Source: Lingula anatina
Lineage: Eukaryota > Animalia > Brachiopoda
Assembly (NCBI GenBank): GCA_051362555.1
Contig: CM120647.1
Location: 14,236,651-14,300,650, forward strand
Reading direction: 5' to 3'
Length of the DNA stretch: 64,000 nt
Every line of letters starts with the position of its first letter. Positions within the stretch are counted from its first letter, which is position 1. The translations under genes were made by a program, and so were the position numbers. The notes beneath the pieces were generated by a model that did no database searches, was not told the DNA's origin, and worked only from the letters and a program-made list of their open reading frames with translations. Shown one piece after another: positions 38,690 to 51,400 of this stretch.

Positions 38690-39367
38690 AGAGTTACAAG
38701 ATAATATTGGAACTGAAACAGTAAACGGTGTTAGGCGTAATACAGCAGAACGTCTCGACCTTGTAGGAATTGCGACATTTGCAAAATAAAAGAAGTAGAT
38801 CAAAGAGTACTTCAGCGACTTATAGGGTGTGTTCCCAATGAAACTATTGTTTTACGCAGATCGATCCGACGCCGCGGGGGGTTTCGGGCAGCTAAGGGGT
38901 GATTTATTCGGCTTTAGGATGCTTTTTCACTTCGTTCTGAGTGCGATCGAACGCACACGATAGTTAATCACCCCTTAGCTGCTCGAGGAAGCGTGTCATT
39001 CAGTTAATCATATATTGCACTCAGCGAGAGTCCCCGAGGAGTTGGATCAATCTATGTAGGACGATAGTAACATTGGGAAAGCATACATATAAAATACATT
39101 AACTGTAAAAAAAATTCTATGTACATGTGCTAATAATTTGATATTGCAAACGCCATATAAGGGTTCTGATTTGACAATGGAATTGACGTTGTCATGACAA
39201 CTGTCAGAATCCTGCTACTGCTTGGTTTCAGTGGGCGGTGCCATATCATAATCGGCATGAACCGGGGCGACAGCATTTTCTATCTCCTCCTCGATGTCAC
39301 TGTCTTCATCCTCTAATTTCTCCTTTTCAGTCAGTGCACTCGAAGGGCGCTTAGTGACAGTAGTTTT

Positions 39368-42300
39368 CTATGTGGACACTGCCTCAGGAAGCTTTGGTTT
39401 CTCTTCACTCCAGTTAGCTTCGGCAACAGCTTGCTGGTAGTTTGGAGGATGGTAGGACGGCCCTCCGCCTGGCTGGTACGGGTCATACGGTGGGTAGTAT
39501 CCCATGGGGGGAGGCGGCGGTGGCAGCTGTTGCTGTTGTTGCTGTTGTTGTTGCTGTTGTTGTTGGACGGTACTTATCATTGTGATGTTCGGCTGAGGCG
39601 GCGCACTGCCCGCTATGAAGATAACTTGCTGAAATGACAATAACCAAAACTTAGAGAGCATTCACATCGAGAAGAGCCGAGGTCTAGCACGGCCGAGACC
39701 TAATTATGGCGGACCTACATGAAAGGAACACTGCGTAATCCTTTAATGGTCTCTCAATGTAGGTCCGCCATATTTAGGTCTCGGTCTTGCTAGACCTCGG
39801 CTCTTCTCAATGTGAATGCTCTCTAAAATGCTAAATGTAATCTCTCTCTCTCTCTCTCCCTCTCTCGTGTGTGTGTGTTTTTGTGTGTGTTTAACTACCA
39901 AATATACAGAATGGAAAAAAGTAATCGTTACTTTCAATCAATAAAAGTTCGTCTTAATTCAAAATAAGAATAAAGTAACTTTTCTATAGACAACAGCTTT
40001 ATGTTGAAAAAGTTTTTACCTAAAATATTTATTGGATATATTGGAAATATTGGACGTAAAAACTATTTCAATATTAAGCTGTTGACAGAAGAAAAATTAC
40101 ATCATCCTTACAACATAAAACAGCTGTTAAAATTCTTAAATTAAGTATTTTGGAATAGAAAGGCCATACATACCGGTTCTGGTTGGTCTATGGTCGAGCA
40201 GCAACAGCAGACAGAGGCGGACACTATGGCTACTATCCACTCAATGAAGCCCAGCCCTCCCGCTCCCGCCATAAACACGTACAAGTATATATTCCCATAG
40301 GTATGGGAAGTAACCTGTAAATAAATTAATGCATGGGTATTATTATCACATGTGTTCAACTGATGCTTGAACGTGAAATATAATGACTTAAACCCGTGGT
40401 CAAGATATATATACTGTGTAATGCGATCTGACACACACCTTGAAAACGGGTAGTGTGGTCTGATCTACCGGTGAATTCAGGATCATTCGGTGCCGAGTCT
40501 GGTAGTTGGGTAGGCCTGAAACATGTAAGCGACCAGTCGACTAAATACTGTCAATCGACCGTGCAGTTGCAAGTGGTATGCTACTGGTTATAGCAACCTA
40601 CTGACAACCAAGAAGAGACCGATAGGCAAACTTCAGGATACCGATATTTTTCATTTTTAGTCGCATTGGTTGTCGGTGCACAAAAAATGGCCTTCATGTG
40701 TCAATTAGCAACCTTATGCAACCACTTTAAAACCTATGGCAACCTTCTTGCGACTGAGGTTGCAAAGAGGTTGCCAAAAGGTTCCAAGCGCAGTGTGACC
40801 CAGGCTTAAGACAAGAGTAGGCTGGTTATGTGCGAATCGGATCCAGACCCACAATGGACACCTTAACCCCCAAATCTGAACCTACTTAACAATGGGTGGG
40901 ATATCCATAAAAATGGATAACTGAAGGATAACCCTGCTAACAAGAATGATCTAATACTATCTTCATGTATGCACCGTTTGTGGAACGCCATCACTCAGCA
41001 AAAAGTTATATGACTTTTTGACTCCACTTATAACTAGAAAAGCACTCAGAGAGAACAGACCTCCGCCAAGGCAGCAAAGTCTCCATCCAATGCCGTTTCT
41101 CCTAAATTTTCGATATTTTTGATTATTGATTGATTATTGATCCGGATCACCACCAAAAACTAACCATCTGTTCCTTGGCCCACTTTTGACAATTCCTGAA
41201 AATTTTATCAAAATCGGTCCATAACTTAGTTTTTTTATTATCGATTATTGATTGATTATTGATCCGGATCACCACCAAAAACTGACCACTTCTAAGATAA
41301 CCCATTTCTGACCTACCCTGAAAATTTCATCAAAATCGGACCATAACTTTTTGAGTTATGTTGATGATTGATTTTGATTATTAAATTGATTGATTACCAC
41401 CAAAAATCAATTATCTCTTCCTTGGCCCACATCTGACAGTTTCTGAAAAGTCATCAAAATCGGTCTATAACTTTTTGAGTTATGTTGATGACAGACAGAC
41501 AGACAGACAGACAAACAAACAAACAGACAAACAGGGGTGAAAACATAACCTCCTTGGCGGAGGTAATTACAGATGCTTTTGGTTTTGATACAGTTAGGTG
41601 AGGTCAACTGGATATTTAGTCGGATGTATATTGACTGAGTGGATCGTTTATTATTGAACGTATTTTCGGTTAAGTTTAACAGATCAGTTTTAAGAGTGCA
41701 ACGTACTCTTATAGTCACCAGCTTTTCTGTATTCTACACAACGACCTGAAGAAGTGGTCCATGTACTTAAAGTTTATATCCTCTGATATCAGGGGTTTGT
41801 TAAATAGCATACAAAATTAAGATAATTTTGTAACTGACTACAAGCGAATCCTGTGGTCAGAGAATAAAAAAATGTTGTCACTTTGAGTCATACATACTCT
41901 GAACAAAGGCAAAGCTCCGGACATGCCCATCAAAATCGGACCGAAGATAAAGGCAGTGAAGATTGAAAATGTCTGGAAAGAGTTACGCTGAAAGAGAAAG
42001 TGAAAGTGAAAGAAGCATACATAATATACACATATTATCATAAATTTACTTTAGTATAGAAATCTGTTCATATCGAGCGTAATATATCTCAGCGACACTG
42101 CTGTATTGGTATGTTTTGGGAGGAATACATTCCGTCATGTTATATGCCGCAGCCGACGATAGATATTTGATTGGCCGTCTTTAGCCCAGCCCGGGGGGGG
42201 GGGGGGGGGAGGGGAAGGGGCCGTAATGAAAGATGACTCTCTTACAAGGTGTATGTAAAAACCAGGCAGTAGAATGGCCAGATTATCAGTACAGATGTGT

Positions 42301-42448
42301 CGCTTAGATACATATGTATAACGTAAAGATGAACAATGAAAAACAGCTTTAATTGACGCTCAATTGGCAAGCCATAAAATTACTACTGCATCTTTAAACG
42401 TAACAATCTGTTTGAGTTAATAAGTAACATTCAGTTTGAGAAGATACG

Positions 42449-42481
<33 letters not shown>

Positions 42482-45400
42482 TTCTCTCTTAATCATTATT
42501 GCTTAAAGGGACAAAAAAATAGGATTAAAAACGCCTTTTTAGTGCATGGATTGCTTCCTTTTTAACTTATCTAAGAACAATAGCTATGGGTAAAGCATAA
42601 AATGGCAGGTAAATGGCCTTAATCAATATCGAAAAAAAGAATCATATTCACCGTCCACTTTCGAACCCCGGGCGTCAGCCATCTTGACACAGTTTGAAAT
42701 AACGCGGCTTCTCGACTCAGATACGAGATGTAAACAATGCAGCCAGCATGTCTCACTCGACTGCAAAGGTGAGCGTGGGCGAGAAGAAGAGGAATTGTTC
42801 ACAGAATCTTTGCAGGTAAGCGAGTTAAAGTCACTATATGTGCTTTAGAATGGGAAGGTGGCAGTGGAAATAAAAATATCTAGCAGTGGAAGTTTAAAAG
42901 CGTAGATAACTGCTACATTTCCTCGGATAACGCACTCGCAGCTAGTCCCCAAACCACTCGCACTGCGTACTACTAGTTACATGAAGCGTGGTAGTGCACT
43001 TTGCCCCTGAGGTATATAGTTCTGTAAACCAGGAGGAATACCGGCGTTTTCTGCTCAATGTGGTCATCTACCAGTACTTGCAGACGAACCTCACACCATA
43101 TTCCCGCAGGGGAATCCCATGAGATATACAATGTAACTCGAGTACTGTACTAGCTGGGATAGAGGGTGTTCTTTGTACAACACGTAACTCATTTGTAAAT
43201 TTATTAATATTGTCAGATAAGATAAGATAAGAGTTTATTTAGCCAATTATAAAAATCGGAAATCATTTTATTTTTGGAGCAATATAAAGAGTAAAATAAT
43301 AGAATAATACAATAAATAAATAAATAAATAGATAAATATGAATATGATTATAAGAAATGAATATGATAACAAGGAATGAATTTTTTAGCCTTTCAGAGGA
43401 GGAACTGGTTGCTACACCCCTTCAAGCACAAAGGAGAGAACAGGTATGTTAATAATTTTAGCAATACACCAGGTAACAGGGGCGGATCCAGGATTATTTG
43501 AAGTGTTGGGGGGGGGGGGGGTCCGCGGATGCAAAGCCGACCCTCTAGTTGCCGTAGGGTTCTGGGCCCGCTTAAATTTTTTGCTACTTTAGAGGGCGAA
43601 CAGTGCCATTTGGTATGGTTTAGTACTATCGATTAGCTTGTCAAAATTCTAATTGCAAATGGGGAATATTAGTGTGATTTTTTTTACATCAGTTCTTTAA
43701 AACCATGTGTGATTATGTTATTTCTTCTTGTGGCCTTTATGATCTAATGCAGCTATAGCTATTTAAATTTAATTATCTTCTTCATCAAGAGCTGGTTATC
43801 ATGTAGTGATCATGCCCTCTAATTTGTTGATTTTTGTTTAAGAATAGTGCGGATTTGATTATATCAAGAGGTTTTTTTCTCATTAACCATTTTATGTAAT
43901 TTTACCATTACAGTGCCTCAAGTTATATCTGGAAAACTCATACCAGGAAGCACTCCAATCTTACAATACTGCCTCACTTCAATGTCGACGTGACAAGTTG
44001 TGCAAAAGACTGCTACAAAAAATGTGCACTGATGACCACATAATCCACCACCTTTTACCAAAACTGAGTGAACAGTTTTATATTATAATGCCCACGTATT
44101 TAAAGTGCCAAGACTGAGATCACCGAGAGCCTCAAGGACTTTTATTTTCTGGGCATTGTCAACTCTTCAATAATTTAGGAATTTTGCCAAATACATCCAA
44201 AGATTCAATTCTCATGCAATTCTTGAAAACTTTTTTAGAATATATTTCAAAAATTAAATGAGATTTATTGAAATTTAATTGAAATTCTATGAAGTTTCTA
44301 ATACAAATGAGAGGTCATACGAGATTTCCGTTTTTGCGAGAGCACTTGCGCACGATAGTCACTATCTCGAGTGACCAGCACTGCATACCAGAAAATTGAT
44401 GCAATTGTAATACCACTATGCAATAAAAGGAATATAAAATCCTTTTCAGATAAAGTATATCCTTCTCATCCAGTTAACTAAATGAAGATAATATAAATAA
44501 TTATCTTAGGTGCATTATAAATACCAACCCAAAATATGGTTATGAATTGAAATGATAACTTAAGTTATCTTAGGTGCATTACAAACATCAACCCATAAAT
44601 ATGGTTTTACATGTTTCTATGTAAACCAGGCACTGCCCCCCCCCCCCTTTTGCTGTGGAATAGGGGAGGTGGGTGGGCGTATGACCTCTCATTTGTATTA
44701 GAAACTTCATAGAATTTCAATTAAATTTCAATAAATCTCATTTAATTTTTGAATTCTATTTCGTTTCTATACAAATGAGGTCATACGAGATTCCCGTTTT
44801 ATGCGAGAGCATATGCGCACTTGCGCACATCTTCACAGTTCGAAGCTTGCTGGTCACGAGAGCAACTTGGCTCTGAACATAGTACTACATACCTTTTCTA
44901 ATTATTTAAAACTGCATCAGCAAACTCTTTCCCTTTAATGGGTTTATTATAGTACTTTGCAAAAGTCTTGCTTGAAGACCATCCAGCTGCTTTCAAAATA
45001 TCATCTACGGGAACTTTTGCTCTTTCTGCTGCCGACACTGCTGCAGCTCGGGTTGAATGAGCCTTAAATGATTCCTCTACACCTGCTTGGTGCATCAATA
45101 TCCGAATCCATCTGGATATTGTATCTTTTGAAACAGATGAGAAAGGTTTTCTATAACTAATAAAAAATTTTTCTTGTCCATTTCTCAATGGCTTTGTCCT
45201 TTTTAAATATTCCTTAACATATGTCAATGTACACAATCTCCTATCTGGAGGGTACGATTTAAATTGTATAGATATTGTACCAATTCCTGGTCTTGTTTGT
45301 TTCAAAGTTTCTTTTATGTTAAATAAAACATAGTTTTTGTGAAGTTCTAACTCTTGGAACTTCAGTAAATGCAACGTTTGTGCTCTCTGTGCAGATGTAA

Positions 45401-48400
45401 GAGACATAAGCATGATCAACTTCATTGTTAGATCTTTCAGTGATAACTGCCTTGCTGGTGACAGTTTCCTCATGTAATTTAAAACAATTGATACATCCCA
45501 CACTTGTTGATATCTGGATGCAGTAGGTCGAGTGTTAAAAACTCCTTTCAAAAACCTTACAATCAAAGGATGACTCCCCACTGTTGAAGCACCAATGGTA
45601 ATAAATGTTGATAATGCACATCTTGCAGTGTTTATAGCACTGTAACTTGAGCCATCTTCATAGAGATGTACTAAAAAATCTAGCACATTCGCTACAGTTG
45701 GTCTATAAAAATTGACCTTCCTTTGATTTGAAAACATTCTCCACTTTTTAATATAGACTGAATATTGGTTCTGAGTGGATTTTCTCCATGACTGAAAAAT
45801 GATTTCGATAGCTCTCTCTGAAATTCTATCTGATTTGAGAGTTTTCCGGATACTTTGCATGCCAACAGTTTCAAGTGATTTCCCATTGGGTGTGTCACCC
45901 CTTTCTGGTGTGGAAGTGATAATACTGTTGTTGTTGGCGGTAACAGAATAGGGATGTCTACTAACATTTCCATTAATGGAGTGAACCATGCTTGTGTCAA
46001 CCAAAAAGGTATCACAACTAAAGCATCTGCCTGATCTTCCCGAATCTTCTTGATTATCCTGGGAATCAGGCTGAAAGGAGGAAAAATGTATGAATACATA
46101 TTCTCCCAAGATATTGAAAAGGCATTAATGTATTTAGCACCAGGTTCTGGTTTCCAAGAAGCAAATACTTCTAATTTGCTATTCAATCTTGATGCAAATA
46201 GATCTATACATGGCATACCAAATATATCTGTCACTTTTTTAAATATATCAATATCTAGTGACCATTCAGTTCTAATATTCACATTCCTTGATTCCCAATC
46301 TGCCTCTACATTTAATATTCCAGGCAAATATTCAGCAGTAAGCCATATGTCATTTTCAATGCATTTATTCCATATGTCTGATACTATTTCATCACAAACT
46401 GGGGATTTCAAACCTCCCATATGTGTAATGTAGGCAACTGCTGTAGTATTATCAGATCTCAATAAAACTACCTTTCCTTTGATTTCTTGAATAAAGGCAT
46501 GTAAAGCCATTTTTATAGCAAGCAATTCAAATGCATTGATATTATCATGACAGAATAAAATTTCTTCTTCAGTAAAGAATCCACCAATTCTTGTATCTCT
46601 ACATATAGCTCCCCATGCTAAAGGAGTAGCATCTGATTGAATTTCAATCTGTGCATTGCCATGATAAATTTTATTTGTTGCAAACAATATATTTCTAGAC
46701 CACCAGTCTAGATCTACTTTCATGTCATCTGTAATATCCATTACAGCTTCATAATCATCTTTATTTTGTTTCAATGCATTAATTTTTGCTCTCTCTAGTT
46801 TTCTATAATGCAATGGCCCGTATAGGAGTCCAGGCAAACATGATATTAATATTCCTAATATTTTTGCAATTTCTCTAATAGATGCATCATCTCTTCTGAT
46901 TGAATCATCAATCATTTCTTTATAAGCTTGTTTCTTTTCATTGGTCAGTTGCACAGTCATATTTCTAGAGTTTATTTTAAATCCCAAAAATACAATTTCT
47001 TGAGTTGGGATTAATGCCGACTTTTCATCATGGATCAAAAATCCACAAGTTTTGAATAACTTAACCGTTTCTTGTACTGCCCATAGACATTCATTTTCTG
47101 AACTAGCTTGTATATAAATGTCATCTATGTAAGATATCATAATAATCCCTTTCCTTCTTAAGGATGCACATAATGGCTTTAATAATTTTGTGAATGCTCT
47201 TGGAGCATCTGAATAGCCATTTGGAAGGGCAGTATACATATATAATTTATTTCTCCATTGAAATTTGAGAAACTTCTGATGCTCTTTGTAAATTCTAACC
47301 ATATAATATGCATCTCGTAAATCTATGCGTGCCATGTATGCTTTATGACACAATAAATTCAAGACTGTCTTTAAAGTATCCATTTTAAACTTATGGTACT
47401 TCATAAATTTGTTGAAAGGTTTAAGATTTAATATCATTCTTCTTGTGCCATCTTTTTTAGGCCTAGTAAATATTGTATTGACAAATTGTCCTTCTTCATT
47501 TTGTGTTTCAACAATGACACCTTTACATAATAATCTTGAAACTTCAATATCAATCAATTTTTCCTCAGATTCTGTGAATCTTATTTCTCTTAATGGTGTC
47601 GTCTGTTTAGGATAATTATTATCCACAAATTCCAATCTTAAACCTCTAACAGTCTGTAACACCCAAGCATCAGATGTCAGCAATTCCCATTGGGAAATAA
47701 ACTTTGATATTCTACCAGCAATGTTATGTTGAGGACTTACCTCAAAAATTTTCTTCAACTTTTCCACATCTAATGATGCAGAGTTGCAGGGCAGTTTTTT
47801 AAATCTTGCTGCCTGTGATAGGTCCTAAATTGACCTCTACTGGTGCCACTTCTTGCACCTCTAATGCTCTTAGTAGGAAAACTTCTTCCCCTAGCTCGCA
47901 TGCTGGTTCTTCTTCCTCTTTCTCTGGGAGTCCCAGAATATGATGGACCAGTGTTTTTAAACACTTGGTGATTCATTTTGTTGACATCAGACATGTCACG
48001 GATTCTTTTTACTATTTCATCCCCAAAAAGCCTATTTGTATATGGGATGGAACTCGCACACAAATGTGAATATTGCTTATCAATGTGAGGTCTTAAAGCC
48101 TCTTTCCTTCTTGTGCAAAGTTCAAAGTTTGTGCAACCAAATGCTCGAAGTGCATTCGTAGCATCATTGATTATTTCTTCAAAATCTTCTTCTTCCAAAT
48201 TTTTAGTATCTGAATCCCATTTACTAATGAGTTTGTTCATTGCAACTGCCATTGAGGAAACGCCCTTTATCAAGCAATTTTGCACTCTCTGAAGCTTTAA
48301 ATCTTGTGTTTTAGCATCATGACTAATGCTAGGCCAAATTTCCTCGTTAATTGTAATTGGTTGCAAACCTTCACAGTTGGAAGGAGCTAAAATTTTCTCA

Positions 48401-51400
48401 AAAAGAGCTTTGGTCTCTTCTTCCATTGGTTTAGACCTCATGAAAGCTGTAATGTTGTCAGCTAAGGTTGTGTTAATTTCAGGCCCTTTGGGCTCAGATT
48501 TTTTAGCTGTTTCAGTCATTTTCTTCAAAACTTTCATTTTCTTTTCCGGAAGAAGTTCTTCCTCTATGTTTCTTTTACTTGTACTGGGATTTTCATTATG
48601 GGCAGTGTCTGCCATCTCGAACACTTGGTCTGAATCCCGAGCCTCACTAAGAACTGACGTGTCGTCATAAACTGGCTCTTCATAATACTCTTGAGGATAT
48701 TCATACCTTATTTCGTTTTTAAAATCCTCCATTTGCTTTTGAAGATTATCTTGCATATTCTTCATTGTGCCAGCTATAAAGTCAAGTGCTGCACTAATTT
48801 TATGATCCACAGTCGTGGCATTATCGGCACTAGTGGACGCGCCATTTTCATTTTCCACATGAACGCTACTCTGCGTCAGAGTTTGAATCTCTGTGAGAAA
48901 TTGTGGTGTGTCACCACTTTCTTTCGACTTCCCGTCGGACGATTTCTTGTGGCCATGCGTATTTTTCTTAACTTTTGGTCTACTTTCGACCTTTTCAGCC
49001 ATAATGTTAGAATATTCTTGAAAATTTTTGTGCCACAAATTTTCCACGTGCCGTGCTCGCTCGACAAAAAACCGGAAGTGAAGATGTGCGCAAGTGCGCA
49101 TATGCTCTCGCATAAAACGGGAATCTCGTATGACCTCATTTGTATAGAAACGAAATAGAATTTAATGTCGAACATGTTTTTCTAAGAACTAGCTCTTTAG
49201 TAAATTAACAAAGTACTTTCCAACTGTTATTATTATTATTAACATATTGTTATGTACAAAGCATAAGCTGCAGTATCAATGTAGCATTAACTGGGTAGAG
49301 ATTATGAATGAAATAAAAGTTTAAATATTGAAACATCTTTTATTTATATTTGGCAAAAATACAAGAATAAAGTTTGCTACATAAGTTTGGAATTTGGCCA
49401 AATCATCTTTATTATTACCTGTCACATGTAATGAATAAGACATACACAGATTTTGTAAGCTACAATGCATAATTATTTTCATACTTATTAATGCTTTCTT
49501 CATAAATAAGCCTTCCATTCAAGCATTCACAAACTTTCACATTGTGCAGTACACATTATAGTATGGTAACATTTTTGAGAGAGACTTATTAACAGTTAAG
49601 AGTCTGATGTACATGCAGACCCATGAGGATTGCAGATCAACAAATTATCCCCCTCTCTGTCAGTGTATTGACTCATGTGAGCTGACACAAAAATATCCAT
49701 GCAAAAGGGATGTGTCATGAGAAAGGACTAACCCCACTTACACAAACATAAAATTGTTTTATCGGAAGATATACACACATACTTTTCCAAGATGTGCAGG
49801 GAATAAATAGAAAGGTATAAATATTTCTTTAAAAAATACAGGCATGGCTTCCCTGCATGAATTCTAAATAATGGCTTTGTGGAGAAGTGAATACAGGCAC
49901 AAGTGTTCACTCAAACCATTTTTGTAGGTCTTAAAAGAAATGACATACAGTCACTTGCCAAATACAGAATTTTATGCTGGAACAAAGTCACAAAACTGCA
50001 ACTGGTGATCTTACAAAATCTGACAACACACTGGTTTAAAATCAAGTTGAAGTCACAATATGCCACCCATATTCCATAATACATTTAATGTCATCTAGAT
50101 TTAAAAAGTAAATGCTGGACCAAAATGGTTTATTCTCAATATCAGGCATATGACTTAGTTTTGGGAGGAAAGACCACCTTGATTTCCAATCTGTCTGCAT
50201 TATAGCATACATGTCAGTGCTAGATGGTTTGAAGTCAGCAGATTATGCTTTGTCACATTGGCAAGATGAGTTCACTGAATATATCCTGTAAGCAGCACTC
50301 GAAAGTCAGGAAAAGTCTCTCACTATCCAACTTGTCCCCGCTTTGGACCCTCAAGAAAAGTTCCTCTTTTTTTGGTGTTCCTCTTCCATGTAAAAAACTC
50401 TTCTTCAGGACATCATACTGGCAGTTGCTCATAACCTTAAGGTCTAAAAAAGCAAATCAATAATAATAATAATTTATTAAGATTGCAACCCAGTGGGTTG
50501 AAGTTGTACATAGTGTTAAGAAAATTATAATGAAAATAAAGTGAATATTTGCTTGAATAAAACTGAGTTAAAAGACTGCTAATTGAACTTTAAAATTATT
50601 GTACTTAGGATAAAAGACAACATAATACTATTGGAAATTTAAAAGTGCATATGGAATAAAACAGCATCGGAATCTGTCGGTCTTAAATTGTGGCACTTTG
50701 TTACTATTGTTTGATCTTAAAAGATGATTGGATTGCTCAATAAAGATGTGATTCAGTTTGTCAGAGGATTCAGTTATTTTGTAAAAGAAAGTTTTGCACA
50801 TCTCTTCGTTTATCTAAAGTACACATATTTGCCGGGTTCAGGGTTTCATTATAGTGTAGGTCAGGGAAAATAATCTTCAAAGCACGAGTTTGGTCAGTCT
50901 AAGAGTTTGCATTGCTCTATAGTTAGGCCTGGATGCCACACAGGGCAGGCATATTCTAGAATCGAGTGCACAATACTTTGGTAAAGCTTAGCTCGTTTCA
51001 GTTGATGGAAGAAATAGAGTCTTGCATTATGTTTACATTATATGTTGCCAATTTGGAAAAAAAAATTGATAAAAGAGAAATCATGCACCTATAATGCCTA
51101 ATATATGGTGAGTGAATATCAGCTTATTAAAATTCTTCTTACTCTAAAGACATGTTTTAGTCCCATGTTGGATCATCAGGATCCTTTAATTCCCTCTTCT
51201 TCAGCATCTTCCTCCTCTTCCATCTGCACTTCTTCCAGTTCAGGCAACCCATAGGAAAAAGTTACATTGACACTGCAACCAAAAAAAAAGCAACAGTACA
51301 TAAAATTAAGATAATCAAGTTTGAGAAAAATCATGTAAAAACATAAATGAAATAAGTATAAAACTCAACTGAAATAAGTATAAATGCCATTTGTCTCAAC

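Larger units (their letters stand above)
44246..49160 (-). mobile_element. Full-length DIRS1-type tyrosine-recombinase retrotransposon
   Basis: Imperfect ITRs; internal complementary region 44678-44836 (44754-44836 is the reverse complement of 49078-49160, 44678-44753 of 44246-44321); three open ORFs. Confidence 0.95.

Noticed and set aside
49003-49113. N-terminal extension of the gag ORF (MREHMRTC..) in the ORF track
   Set aside because: It starts inside the left ITR/leader; MAEKVES at 49002 is the more plausible start.
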